From Flavobacteriales bacterium (GTDB taxonomy: Bacteria > Bacteroidota > Bacteroidia > Palsa-965), in NCBI GenBank assembly GCA_040377305.1, contig JBEIPA010000030.1, forward strand, positions 1 through 61,675: a DNA stretch of 61,675 nucleotides. Direction: 5' to 3'. The position numbers were made by a program, and so were the translations under genes. The notes under the pieces were generated by a model, which saw only the letters and a program-made list of their open reading frames with translations, did not search any database and was not told the DNA's origin. This document shows, one piece after another, positions 30,222 through 40,754 of this stretch. Numbering within the stretch: the first letter of the stretch is position 1; every line of letters begins with the position of its first letter.

Positions 30222-30878
30222 ATGAAAACGAAAAAATCCACAGCGGCGAAAAAGACTTCGGTCGCGTCGAAAGTAAAATCAGTTGCGAAGAAAGCAGTTA
30301 CGACTTTTGGTAGTAGCGGTCATAGAGAACCGGCGGAAGCACCAGCCCGCGACGGTCGCAAAGATCCTATGCTGGAAGAGTATTTTCATGGACTTCTCAA
30401 GGATATTTACTGGGCGGAAAAAGCGCTCACTAAAGAGTTGGTTAAAATGTCAAAGAAATCAACATCGGATGATTTGCGTGAAGCGTTTCTGAATCATCAG
30501 GCTGAAACAGAAGGTCAGGTGGAGCGCCTCGAACAGTGTTTCGAAATTCTTGGCAAGAAAGCTCAAGCGAAAAAGTGTGAAGCAATGGCAGGATTGATGG
30601 AAGAGGCGAAAGAAGCTATTGAAGAAACAGAAGACGGAACATATACCCGGGACGTTGCATTGATCGTTACTGCTCAAAAAGTGGAACACTACGAAATCGC
30701 ATCGTATGGAAGTCTTGTCCAGATCGCAAGTGACCTTGGACACTTCAGCGTTGCAGAATTGCTTGAGGAAACACTGGAACAGGAGAAAAATGCAGATGTT
30801 CTTTTGTCCGATATCGCAACACACGGAATCAATAAGGAAGCAGCAGTAGAGGTAGAGGAAGAAGCAGCTGCAGAGTAG
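30222..30878 (+). CDS. YciF/DUF892 ferritin-like stress protein
   Basis: LKDIYWAEK, KKCEAMAGL, AQKVEHYEIASYG. Confidence 0.92.
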   Translation: MKTKKSTAAKKTSVASKVKSVAKKAVTTFGSSGHREPAEAPARDGRKDPMLEEYFHGLLKDIYWAEKALTKELVKMSKKSTSDDLREAFLNHQAETEGQVERLEQCFEILGKKAQAKKCEAMAGLMEEAKEAIEETEDGTYTRDVALIVTAQKVEHYEIASYGSLVQIASDLGHFSVAELLEETLEQEKNADVLLSDIATHGINKEAAVEVEEEAAAE

Positions 30879-30890
30879 AATTAGTTCTTT

Positions 30891-31760
30891 ATGCAGAAAA
30901 GTAAGCCGAAACGAAAAGCAAGAACTGAAAAGAGACAGATCAAACCAGGTAAGGAATCTCAAATGGAGAATCCGCCTGAGTTTGAATCTGAAGTTGCTGC
31001 ACCCGGTAAAAAACTCGGGGAGAAAGTTGCACTCATTACCGGAGGCGACAGTGGAATCGGTCGTGCAATTGCTGTCCTTTTTGCGAAGCACGGTGCAGAT
31101 ATTGCGTTTACTTATCTGCAAGCTGAATCTGTGGATGCAAATCTTACGAAGCAATACGTCGAGGCGTATGGTCGCAGATGTTTATTGATTCCGGGCGACA
31201 TCAGCAACGAAAGGCATTGCAAAAGTGTTGTTCGAAAAACGGTGAAGCAGTTCGGTAGAATAGATGTTCTGATTAACAATGCCGGTTTACACTACAAGCA
31301 GAAATCCATCATTGACATAACTTCCGCACAACTGAAGCGCACCTTCGAAGTGAATGTATATTCTATGTTCTACCTCGTGAAAGAGGCGCTTCAGTTTATG
31401 GGTAAAGGTTCCTGTATCATCAATACCACCAGCGTAACTGCCTATAGGGGCAGTGCGGCGTTAATTGATTACAGCGCAACCAAAGGCGCCATCGTTTCAT
31501 TTACCCGCGCCTTGTCGGCTTCATTGAACGCAAGGCACATTCGTGTGAATGCAGTAGCACCCGGCCCTGTTTGGACTCCGCTGATTATTTCTTCCATGAA
31601 AGAAAAGGAGATTGCAACATTTGGAACTGATTCACCCATGGGCAGAGTTGGACAACCTGCGGAAATTGCACCTGCTTTTTTATACCTCGCCAGTCAGGAA
31701 TCCTCCTTCGTTACAGGGCAGGTTTTGCATGTAAACGGGGGTGAAATAGTGAATGGGTAA
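30891..31760 (+). CDS. SDR oxidoreductase (YghA/YhdF-like general stress type)
   Basis: TGGDSGIGRA, NNAG, YSATK, VAPGPVWTP. Confidence 0.93.
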   Translation: MQKSKPKRKARTEKRQIKPGKESQMENPPEFESEVAAPGKKLGEKVALITGGDSGIGRAIAVLFAKHGADIAFTYLQAESVDANLTKQYVEAYGRRCLLIPGDISNERHCKSVVRKTVKQFGRIDVLINNAGLHYKQKSIIDITSAQLKRTFEVNVYSMFYLVKEALQFMGKGSCIINTTSVTAYRGSAALIDYSATKGAIVSFTRALSASLNARHIRVNAVAPGPVWTPLIISSMKEKEIATFGTDSPMGRVGQPAEIAPAFLYLASQESSFVTGQVLHVNGGEIVNG

Positions 31761-31923
31761 CCTTCTCCGGGTCAATCCGTAAAACTTCCGACACCGTAAA
31801 TCGGATGATCGTCGAAGTAATTCGCACCTACGCCTAAATATTACGTTTAAATACCGCAATAATCTGCCTAAACCTCAGATTATCAGCAATTGACGTTATC
31901 TTAGTTTCACACAACCTACCCTT

Positions 31924-34900
31924 ATGAAAAGACTCCTATTCACCTTAGCAGGCATTTTCACTTTCGCTGCACTCTCCGCTGAGTGTTCAGTTATTGAAGT
32001 GCCTCTCGTTCAAAGAGTCAACGCTTCGTCGCTGATCGTTGAAGGAAAAGTTACTGAGCAGTATTCGTACTGGAACAGTAACCACACGATGATTTATACG
32101 GCCAACAAAATTGAGCTCTATAAAATCTTCAAAGGCTCCGTATTTACTACTGCCATTGAAATTATTACCGAAGGCGGAACGGTAGATATGGATCGCATTA
32201 TTGTAGAGCCGACCCTGGTGCTTCACATTGGTGATGAAGGAATCTTCACTTGCACTGGTCTCACTCGCGTGCAGAACAATATTACTTCGCGAAATGCATT
32301 ACCTCAGTTTGAAGCGTATGCAAGCTTGCAGGGATTTGTGAAGTATGCCGTGAATGCGAATACCGCAAGTGATCCTTTCCGTTCGTACAGTGATATTCAA
32401 ACCGAAGTGTACAATGTTTGTGCACCAGCGGGAAATAATCAGTATACGGAAGTTAGTCCACGTCCTGTTTCTAGTCAGCGTCAGAATGCACAATTCATGG
32501 CGGGTCCTGATCCGCAATCTTTTGCTCCAACTTCTTTGAATGCAGGCGTTGGTGATGTGCTTGAGATTTTCGGAGAAGGATTTGGTGCAGTTCGCGGAAC
32601 AGGTAATGTGCTTTTCCCAAATGGGGATGATGGCGGTGCAACTTTTATTACGCCTTTAGCAACACAATATCTCGTTTGGCAGGATGATTATATTAAAGTG
32701 GAAGTTCCATCTGAAGCAGGAACCGGTACGATCGAAGTAATGGATGCATCGGCAAACTCCAACGCGGCTCCCGGCATTCTTACGATCAACTACTCACATC
32801 TTAATGTACAGTTCGATCCGGGTGGGGGAACTGAAGCTTTTGAGACCGACCATATTAATGACAATGGAAGCGGTGGTTATACGTGGCGCATGAATACAGG
32901 ATTCGATGGTAATGCTCCGGCACGTGCATCGTTTATGCGTGCGTTCGATTCATGGCGTTGTGGTACACTGGTTAACTGGTCCATCGGCACAACAACTTCT
33001 ATTAACGATGCTGTTTCTGACGGTACGAATATCATTTGTTTTGACAATGCATCTCCACTTTCTCCTGGAATATTGGGTGTGTGTTTCAGTTACTGGTCTG
33101 GTTGTGCGTCAGGACCAACAATTATATGGTATGTGAACGAGTTGGATATAATTTTTGACGAGGGAAGTAACATAACACCGCTTACGTGGGAGTTTGGTCC
33201 TGCAGCACCGACATTTAGCGAATACGATTTCGAAACGGTTGCGGTTCACGAATTAGGACATGGTCATCAACTGGGTCACGTAATTCAACCGGGTGCGATC
33301 ATGCACTATGCTATTTCTAATGGAAGTTCTAATCGTACGCTGGGTGTGAATGATGTTGCAGGCGGACAGTATGTACAAAGTAAGAGCATCGTCGGTAATA
33401 TTTGCGGCCCCGGAGCAATGAGCAATACATCATGTGGCTCTCCGCCAGTTGCTGCGTTTAATGCAGTTGAAACAACCGTGTGTGTGGGCGAGTCAGTTCT
33501 CTTTCAGGATTTGAGTACGGGTGCTCCAACGCAGTGGTTATGGACTTTCACAGGAGCGTCTCCGAGTTCTTCAACTTTGCAGAACCCGACGGTGTTCTAT
33601 GCCGCACCGGGTGTATACGACGTTACATTGACAGCTACGAATGCGAATGGATCGGATGGAGAAACAATCCTTGCATACATCACGGTAGCTCCGAATCCAA
33701 CGGTTGGATTTAGTTCTAATCCGGGCGTTCTGACTGTTTGCGAAAACACAATGGTTACACTTTCAGGAACCGGAGCTGTATCCTACAACTGGTCTGGCGG
33801 AATTACAAATGGTGTTCCTTTTTCGGCAACAGCAAGTGATGTTTACACCGTATTCGGTACAGATGCGAACGGTTGTATTGGAATAAACAACGCAACTGTT
33901 ACTGTGAATTCAGCACCGTCTATTAGTGTAACATCAAATCCTGCAAACGGAATTGTGTGTTCGGGCGGACAAGCTACTCTTTCCGGAAACGGAGCTGTGA
34001 GTTATGTTTGGACGGGTGGAATTACAGATGGTGTTGCATTTACACCACCTGCAACTACAACTTACACAGTAACCGGAACAGACGGTAACGGTTGTACAGG
34101 AACAAGTCAGTCCACAATTACTGTGCAGGCTTGTTCAGGTCCGGTTGCAGCATTTAGCGCCGTCGAAACAACAGTGTGTGTTGGTGAGTCCGTCCTCTTT
34201 CAGGATTTAAGTACAGGAGCTCCAACTTCATGGTTGTGGACATTCACCGGAGCTTCTCCAAGTTCTTCAACCTTGCAGAATCCAACCGTGTTCTATTCTA
34301 CACCGGGTGTTTACGACGTTTCATTGACGGTAACGAATGGTAACGGATCGGATGGGGAGACAATTCTGGCTTACATTACTGTAGCTCCTAATCCAACGGT
34401 AGGATTTACTTCTAATCCTGGTGTACTGACTGTTTGTGAAAACACAATGGTTACACTTTCTGGAACCGGTGCTGTTTCTTATAACTGGTCTGGCGGTGTT
34501 ACAAATGGTGTTCCGTTTGCAGCAACAGCAAGTGATGTTTACACCGTATTCGGTACGGATGCGAACGGTTGTATTGGAATAAACAACGCAACTGTAACCG
34601 TGAATGCAGCACCAACGATTAGCGTGTCGCGCAACCCGTCGAATGGAATTGTGTGCACAGGGAACCAGGCAACACTTACAGCAAGCGGTGCTCAGAGTTA
34701 CTCCTGGACAGGCGGAGTTACAAATGGAGTTCCGTTTGTACCGCCGGTCAGCAATTCATACACAGTTACTGCAACTGCGGCTAACGGTTGTACAGCAACA
34801 GCAACTACTTCACTCACAGTTCAGGCTTGTTCGTTCATCACGCAACTGAATTCTACATGGTGCGGAGCAAGTAACTGCAACCTGACGCAAACAATTGTTG

Positions 34901-36003
34901 CCAATCAGGTAAGTGGTGCTACCAACTATGAGTTCTGGTTCGAGAATGTTTCTTTAGGGTATTCACAAACCCGTGTGAAGGGTAACGGCATTGCGAATCT
35001 TCCACTTTCGTGGATCTCTGGTGTGCAGTATGGAGCTACTTACCAGGTGCGTGTTCGCGCCTTCGTAGGAGGCGTGTGGCAGTCGTACGGTCCAACATGT
35101 AATCTTACAATGGCCGCACAAACTCCACCACCACAGTTAACCAATTGCGCAACCACTGGATTAACATTGTCATCGTATCTGGTTGTGAATTCTGTTGCTG
35201 GTGCTTCTGATTATGAATATGAAGTAACAAATGCACAACAACCATTGACTGTTACACGCCTTCGCGGAAGTTCTACCCCTTCCATTGCCGTGTCATGGTT
35301 CCCGGGAATTCAATACGGCAGAACATACAACGTACGCGTACGCGCAAGAGTGGGTAGCGTATGGAGCAGTTACGGGCCAACATGTACATTCGCAATGCAG
35401 GCAACTAATCCGCCAACTCAATTAACGAATTGTGCGGCAACTGGTCTTACGCGCACGAGCACATTGGTGTATGGTGCAGTAACCGGAGCAACCAATTATC
35501 AGATCAACATTTCGAATGCAGCACTGGGTTATAACGTAACCAAATTGCGCGGGAACAACTCAACGTCTATTGGTTTAGGTCTCTGGACCGGGTTGCAGGC
35601 GAATACCACGTACACTGTAACAATATCATCATTTGTTGGTGGAGTCTGGGGGCCTTTCGGACCTCCATGTACAATCACGATCGGTGCGGTGTTCAGAACG
35701 TCGGATCCAAATGCAGAAGCGGAAGAAATTTCCGGGGATTTCGGATTCGGAATTTCAATGTATCCTAATCCACTCATGAACGGAACAAATCCTACGCTGG
35801 TTATTTCAAACGCAGATCAAAAAGACGCGTATGTAAATGTTCTTGATCTGACAGGGCGTGTAGTTGCTTCATACAAAGTATTTGTTGAAGGCGATAACTA
35901 CACTACTGAACTTCATGAATTCCCTGATCTGGTAGGAGGAATGTACATTATGCAAGTACAGGTTGGCGATCAGGTGCAAAGTCAAAAATTCATAGCTGAG
36001 TAA
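31924..36003 (+). CDS. T9SS-secreted metzincin (M10/matrixin-like) metalloprotease with IPT/TIG-like, PKD and Ig-like repeats
   Basis: HELGHGHQLGH plus Met-turn AIMH; two PKD domains (WLWTF, PGVYDV.LT); C-terminal MYPNP...GMYIMQV...QKFI. Confidence 0.88.
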   Translation: MKRLLFTLAGIFTFAALSAECSVIEVPLVQRVNASSLIVEGKVTEQYSYWNSNHTMIYTANKIELYKIFKGSVFTTAIEIITEGGTVDMDRIIVEPTLVLHIGDEGIFTCTGLTRVQNNITSRNALPQFEAYASLQGFVKYAVNANTASDPFRSYSDIQTEVYNVCAPAGNNQYTEVSPRPVSSQRQNAQFMAGPDPQSFAPTSLNAGVGDVLEIFGEGFGAVRGTGNVLFPNGDDGGATFITPLATQYLVWQDDYIKVEVPSEAGTGTIEVMDASANSNAAPGILTINYSHLNVQFDPGGGTEAFETDHINDNGSGGYTWRMNTGFDGNAPARASFMRAFDSWRCGTLVNWSIGTTTSINDAVSDGTNIICFDNASPLSPGILGVCFSYWSGCASGPTIIWYVNELDIIFDEGSNITPLTWEFGPAAPTFSEYDFETVAVHELGHGHQLGHVIQPGAIMHYAISNGSSNRTLGVNDVAGGQYVQSKSIVGNICGPGAMSNTSCGSPPVAAFNAVETTVCVGESVLFQDLSTGAPTQWLWTFTGASPSSSTLQNPTVFYAAPGVYDVTLTATNANGSDGETILAYITVAPNPTVGFSSNPGVLTVCENTMVTLSGTGAVSYNWSGGITNGVPFSATASDVYTVFGTDANGCIGINNATVTVNSAPSISVTSNPANGIVCSGGQATLSGNGAVSYVWTGGITDGVAFTPPATTTYTVTGTDGNGCTGTSQSTITVQACSGPVAAFSAVETTVCVGESVLFQDLSTGAPTSWLWTFTGASPSSSTLQNPTVFYSTPGVYDVSLTVTNGNGSDGETILAYITVAPNPTVGFTSNPGVLTVCENTMVTLSGTGAVSYNWSGGVTNGVPFAATASDVYTVFGTDANGCIGINNATVTVNAAPTISVSRNPSNGIVCTGNQATLTASGAQSYSWTGGVTNGVPFVPPVSNSYTVTATAANGCTATATTSLTVQACSFITQLNSTWCGASNCNLTQTIVANQVSGATNYEFWFENVSLGYSQTRVKGNGIANLPLSWISGVQYGATYQVRVRAFVGGVWQSYGPTCNLTMAAQTPPPQLTNCATTGLTLSSYLVVNSVAGASDYEYEVTNAQQPLTVTRLRGSSTPSIAVSWFPGIQYGRTYNVRVRARVGSVWSSYGPTCTFAMQATNPPTQLTNCAATGLTRTSTLVYGAVTGATNYQINISNAALGYNVTKLRGNNSTSIGLGLWTGLQANTTYTVTISSFVGGVWGPFGPPCTITIGAVFRTSDPNAEAEEISGDFGFGISMYPNPLMNGTNPTLVISNADQKDAYVNVLDLTGRVVASYKVFVEGDNYTTELHEFPDLVGGMYIMQVQVGDQVQSQKFIAE
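33445..34836 (+). repeat. Intragenic 696-bp (232-aa) tandem duplication
   Basis: Units start at 33445 and 34141 (PVAAF.AVETTVCVGESVLFQDLSTGAPT); CAGGCTTGTTC at 34126 and 34822. Confidence 0.9.
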
Positions 36004-36024
36004 TCAATAACACGAAGAATAGTC

Positions 36025-36055
36025 AAAAGTCCCTCAGTGATGAGGGACTTTTTTT
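36025..36055 (+). terminator. Intrinsic terminator
   Basis: AAAAGTCCCTCA-GTGA-TGAGGGACTTTTTTT. Confidence 0.85.
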
Positions 36056-36158
36056 ATGCCTTGACGCTAACTCCATCCAAACGACTTCAATAAAAAAGTC
36101 TCCCATCGCTGAGAGACCTACAAACCGCATCAACTAACCCCGTCCGAACGGCTGTAAT

Positions 36159-36335
36159 AAAAAAAGTCTCCTAACAAGTAGGAGACTTCGCACGTCGATA
36201 CTAACCATTGCACAAGTTAAATAAATCGACGATTGTCGTTCAGCCGGGCGGGCATTGCACAAGTTTAATTTACATGCGGCAGTATTGTTCGAACGGGCGG
36301 ACATTGCAGCCGTTGTATTGGTCAACGTATTTGAA
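36159..36335 (-). ncRNA. Candidate small RNA with three periodic TGCAATG motifs
   Basis: CAACTTTG -7-like box (36337-36344, minus), motifs at 36302, 36253 and 36206, strong terminator 36159-36188. Confidence 0.35.
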
Positions 36336-36410
36336 GCAAAGTTGAGCAACATAAACAACTATGCTCTGACCTTATTGGAGGAAACGGGGTAACCCAAATG
36401 GAGGAGAAGA

Positions 36411-37037
36411 CTAGTGCAGTCCATTCTCCATTGCAAAGCGCGTGATTTCCACTTTATTCTTCAGTCCGAGTTTACTGAGAATGTTCTTCCGATGAGAAAT
36501 TACAGTAAGCGCACTCAGGAAAATTTTCTCCGCAATTTCTTTGTCGGTAAGTCCTTGTGCAATGAGTTTGAGAATTTCTTTCTCGCGTTTGGTTAGTGAA
36601 TCGATCGGGGTTGATGTGCTTGAAAAACTGTTCATCAGCTGAGCGGTTACTTCATCGCTGAAATGTTTTTCTCCTCGTGCCACTTTTTGAATTACACGAA
36701 CAAGTTCTTCTTTGTCCACGTTCTTCGTAACGTAACCTGAAACACCGGCTTCAAGCATCTGCCTGATGAACATACTTTCGTTGAGCATAGTGAGTGCAAT
36801 GACTCTGACATTCGGAAACTCAGCGTGAATTTCACGTGCAGCCTGAATGCCGTCTTTCACCGGCATCTGAATATCTGTGAGCACAACATCGGGGGTGTGA
36901 ATGCGTACCTGAGAAATCAGTTCGTCCCCGTTGAGTGCATCACCAACAATGACCAGTTCACTGACATTACTCAACAAAGCACGAATGCCGTCGAGCATTA
37001 CGCGATGATCATCTGCTATTACGATTCTTATTTTCAT
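36411..37037 (-). CDS. NarL/LuxR family response regulator
   Basis: IADDH, DIQMP, LTKREKEIL...TVISHRKNILSKL. Confidence 0.95.
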   Translation of the reverse strand: MKIRIVIADDHRVMLDGIRALLSNVSELVIVGDALNGDELISQVRIHTPDVVLTDIQMPVKDGIQAAREIHAEFPNVRVIALTMLNESMFIRQMLEAGVSGYVTKNVDKEELVRVIQKVARGEKHFSDEVTAQLMNSFSSTSTPIDSLTKREKEILKLIAQGLTDKEIAEKIFLSALTVISHRKNILSKLGLKNKVEITRFAMENGLH

Positions 37038-37051
37038 AAGACCTCATTTTT

Positions 37052-37205
37052 ACCACATAGAATCATAGCATGGTTGGTGTCAGAAATAGGCGCGCAAAAG
37101 CGCGATACATAGTTCACACGAGACATATCGCTCAGCGATATTCTCTTGTGGACTATGTAATTCTTTCGTCCAACAAGAAAATAACGGGCTATGATTCTAT
37201 GTGGT
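37052..37205. repeat. 154-bp palindromic element (family B)
   Basis: Perfect 18-bp IR ACCACATAGAATCATAGC / GCTATGATTCTATGTGGT and central hairpin CATAGTTCACACGAGACATATCGCT-C-AGCGATATTCTCTTGTGGACTATG. Confidence 0.82.
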
Positions 37206-37214
37206 GTTAGCATA

Positions 37215-39176
37215 TTATATCGGTATTTCAGTGGTAATTGTAGTTCCGCGTCCCGGATGAGAATCGATATTGATACTACCTTTCAGCCAAAGCGCGCGGG
37301 TAACGATATTTTTCAAACCACGACCTGTCTTCTTAATCGTAGTGTCAAAGCCTTTTCCATCGTCCTCAATCATTATGGAAAGGTGATCAGTCTGCCCGAC
37401 GAGTTGAATATTGATTTCTTTCGCGTCGGCGTGTTTAAGAATGTTGTTTACCGCCTCCTGAACAATGCGGTAAATATTGAACTGAGATTGTTTCTCCAGA
37501 ATAAACCGGTCCATGTTGTGTACCTGGAGATTAACATGGACTACTCCGGCTTTGGTAACCTTGCTGGCCAATTCGTGAAGCGCCGGAACTAATCCTCCTT
37601 CTTCAAGTGTGCGTGGCATAAGGTTGAACGTGATGTTTCTGATTTCTTCAGAAGCCTGATTCAGCAAAGCCAAAGAACTGCCGACTTTGGGTTTCTGATC
37701 GTCCGGAAGTGATTGCAAATGCATTTTTGCTGTAGAGAGCAAATGACCGAGACTATCATGCAGATCCTCGGCAATTCGTTTGCGCTCGGATTCCTGAGTT
37801 TCCATTACTGCATTGGCTTGTTCTTTCTGCAAACGATTCAGATCGAGTTGATGCGTCGCAATTCTTTTTAATCGTTGCCGATTGAAGAACACAACGGCGA
37901 GCAGCAACACAAGGAGTAATCCGCCAACAACAAACCATTTGATCAAACGCTCTTTCTCAAGGTTCGCCTCCTGTTCGGCTTTGTCAGCAGCTTGTTGCTT
38001 GTCAAACTCATACGTAAGCTTAGCTGTTTGAATGTCGCGAATCGTTTCTTCGTTCAATAATTGATCGCGAAAGAATATGTACTTCTGTTGATGTGCATAC
38101 GCTTCTTCCCAATTTCCCATTGCGCTGTCGGCCTGATAAATTGCATTGTAAGCGTTTTTCTGAATTTCCGCGCTCTTTAGTTCTTCTCCAATTTTCAGTC
38201 CTTTCAATGCAAACTCAAGGGCTTCTTCATTTCTCCCTTGCATCACATAAACCTGTCCAATGTTCGTGTATGCATTCGCGAGTGGTTCCGGATTTCCAAG
38301 GGAGTCGCACAGGTGAGCAGAGATAAAGAAATGTTCCAGTGCTTTATCGTATTGCTTAAGATCATAGTAAACGATTCCGGTGTTTCCATACGACATTGCA
38401 ATTCCATGTACATCTGCAATCTCACGTTTGATGTTGAGAGAAGCCTCGTGGTTCTTCAACGATTCGGTATAGTTGTGCATCAGGTAATAGACTGAACCGA
38501 TATTACCGTAACATTCGGCCATACCGTACCTGTTGCCTTGTGCAGTCCGCATTTCTAACGCCGTCTTATAATAGACAAGGCTCGTGTCGTACTTCTTCAG
38601 GTACAAATTCACATTTCCGATATTGTTGTACGCTGCAGATAGATTCGTTTGCACCATTGGCGTTTCCGGTGGAAGCTGCTCATACATTGCTTTCGCATTC
38701 AGATAGCGATGCAAGGCCTGGGGAAATTTATTCAGCATGAAATAAATGTTCCCCATGTTATTGTTGGAAGATGCGATTCCTACTATGTTCCCGATTTCGG
38801 TTTGCAGTTCCAGAGAGAGTTCATGATTCGCGAGTGAGGAATCATATTCGCCACTGTAGAAATAAACGTTGCCGATATTGTTGTAGCCATTCGCAATTCC
38901 TTTCTGAAATCCGACTTTGTTTCCAAGTGTAATCGCTTCACGCGCAACCGCAAGTCCGGAGTCTAGCTTACCGGTGATATACAGCTGGCGCGAAAGCAGA
39001 TTCAGTGTGTTTACTTTTCCGCTATCGTCGGGTTGTGAATTCACAGCACTGATGAGCGAATCTGTTTTTGATTTTTGTGCGCACAGATTTGAAGCCGCAA
39101 TTAGGAGCAGACCAGACAAGAGCACTACACGAAAAAATGATTTCAGCATTACCGGATGAAGGTAATAGCGTATCAA
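37215..39176 (-). CDS. TPR-repeat sensor histidine kinase (HisKA_3); start may be 39149
   Basis: Repeated YNNIG TPRs, one TM, ERKRIAEDLHDSLG, QEAVNNILKH, DDGKGF, GRGL. Confidence 0.93.
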   Translation of the reverse strand: MIRYYLHPVMLKSFFRVVLLSGLLLIAASNLCAQKSKTDSLISAVNSQPDDSGKVNTLNLLSRQLYITGKLDSGLAVAREAITLGNKVGFQKGIANGYNNIGNVYFYSGEYDSSLANHELSLELQTEIGNIVGIASSNNNMGNIYFMLNKFPQALHRYLNAKAMYEQLPPETPMVQTNLSAAYNNIGNVNLYLKKYDTSLVYYKTALEMRTAQGNRYGMAECYGNIGSVYYLMHNYTESLKNHEASLNIKREIADVHGIAMSYGNTGIVYYDLKQYDKALEHFFISAHLCDSLGNPEPLANAYTNIGQVYVMQGRNEEALEFALKGLKIGEELKSAEIQKNAYNAIYQADSAMGNWEEAYAHQQKYIFFRDQLLNEETIRDIQTAKLTYEFDKQQAADKAEQEANLEKERLIKWFVVGGLLLVLLLAVVFFNRQRLKRIATHQLDLNRLQKEQANAVMETQESERKRIAEDLHDSLGHLLSTAKMHLQSLPDDQKPKVGSSLALLNQASEEIRNITFNLMPRTLEEGGLVPALHELASKVTKAGVVHVNLQVHNMDRFILEKQSQFNIYRIVQEAVNNILKHADAKEINIQLVGQTDHLSIMIEDDGKGFDTTIKKTGRGLKNIVTRALWLKGSINIDSHPGRGTTITTEIPI

Positions 39177-39317
39177 AAGTCATAGAATACAGGATTTCGA
39201 ATATAACCTGAGGGTTAACGAATTTATCCTCCAAATGGGCTAGGAGCATTACCATCATTCAGGTCACATGCATAGGTTAGCGCCACTGTAGTTTTGCCTC
39301 ACACATAACCATTGTAC

Positions 39318-40145
39318 ATGAAGAAAATTCTAACCGCGGGCTTTTTGCTCGTAACAATGTGCGCCACTGCACAGATCTTCGTAATGAAGAAAACGTATAC
39401 CGGTTACCATTATGGTTTCGGTATGTGGAACCCCGACGACCTGAACAAATTTGTTGTGGGCTTTAATGAAGTGTATCGCGACGACCTGAAAGAATATTTC
39501 AGCCAGTATTCCGGTCGCGATCGAGGCATGAGTTTTACAACAAGTGGATTGCGTTTCATCGTAGGGAAGGAGGAAACGAAGTTTACGTTCAGTACAGATT
39601 ACGCGTTTGGTGCAGGGAAAGAAAAGAATGAAGCTGAATTTCACAATGGAATGAAACAACACATGGTGGTCAAGTTTCGTACGAATCAAATCAACATGAC
39701 TTTCGGTATTACCAAGAAAGAAGAGAAGGTGTGGCTCGAGTTGATGTATTGTACAAATCTGTCGAAAGTGATTGTCGAGTATTCAACTGAACATCTCAAT
39801 GGTGTGAACAGTTTTGGCACGGAGTATAAACTCAACGGGCAATACATCGGTACCTTGAAAACGATGGAGCTTGGCATTCAGACGAGCTACAAATACAAAA
39901 AGTGTGTTTTCTACGCTCGCGTTTTGTATCCGATTGCAGTTGTTGGTCCTGATAAGAATGCACGAACTCTTGTTGATGATCGCAGCGGTTATCCTGATGC
40001 TAATGAATTTCCGTCTGACTACAATATGTACGTGAATGATCCGAACTATAATGCAAACGGAGGTTCATTGACCACAAACGGATTCAAAGGCCTCTCTGCA
40101 GGAGCAGGAATGTTTTACCTGATTGGTAAGGATAAAAGTAAATAG
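39318..40145 (+). CDS. Hypothetical secreted/outer-membrane protein
   Basis: MKKILTAG...ATAQ signal, beta-strand-rich, aromatic C-terminal strand. Confidence 0.7.
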   Translation: MKKILTAGFLLVTMCATAQIFVMKKTYTGYHYGFGMWNPDDLNKFVVGFNEVYRDDLKEYFSQYSGRDRGMSFTTSGLRFIVGKEETKFTFSTDYAFGAGKEKNEAEFHNGMKQHMVVKFRTNQINMTFGITKKEEKVWLELMYCTNLSKVIVEYSTEHLNGVNSFGTEYKLNGQYIGTLKTMELGIQTSYKYKKCVFYARVLYPIAVVGPDKNARTLVDDRSGYPDANEFPSDYNMYVNDPNYNANGGSLTTNGFKGLSAGAGMFYLIGKDKSK

Positions 40146-40216
40146 CGTGTCTATGTGCAGATTTGCAGTTATGCAAATTTGCAGATGCGGAACATGTTAA
40201 CAAAAACATAAATAGT

Positions 40217-40732
40217 ATGACAACGAAACTATCATATACACGAATCGCGTTAGCTGCGTTTGTAGCTGCGTTGTTCACACTCACTTCCTGCAACAGAGAT
40301 GAAAAGCTCATGAAGCGCATGGAAGGAAATTGGAACATTGAATCGTCTGTGATTACCTATCACTATGCTAACGGTACAGAGCAGGTAATTGAAGATTTGA
40401 GCAACACCGGCCGGTTGGTGATCACCGAAGGAAATTCTGACATAGAGAAGAAGTATGATTTCTTCTATATCAACTCACAACTCGACACGATTCAGGCAAA
40501 CAATCAACTGGTAACTGACGAATACCGCAGTCGCATGGTGATGACGGATGCATTGATCGATACCGTGAACGGAAATAAGCCCATTGTGTGGACCATAGAA
40601 AAGCAGAAACGGAACAAACAAGTTTGGACAACCTTTGGAGTAGATTCTACGCTGTTCTATCCTTCGAACAATATGAATCCGGGAGCCGCTGAAAACTGGG
40701 TGAGCTGGACCATTACGTTGAAGAGAGATTAA
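40217..40732 (+). CDS. Lipocalin-like lipoprotein
   Basis: LTSC lipobox, MEGNWNI (GxW), C-terminal ITLKR. Confidence 0.7.
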   Translation: MTTKLSYTRIALAAFVAALFTLTSCNRDEKLMKRMEGNWNIESSVITYHYANGTEQVIEDLSNTGRLVITEGNSDIEKKYDFFYINSQLDTIQANNQLVTDEYRSRMVMTDALIDTVNGNKPIVWTIEKQKRNKQVWTTFGVDSTLFYPSNNMNPGAAENWVSWTITLKRD

Positions 40733-40754
40733 GAGCCCTCTTTAAAAAAGTGAA

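Noticed and set aside
30459-31154. 231-aa minus-strand ORF
   Set aside because: Antisense to the clear YciF-like and SDR genes, with no recognisable motifs
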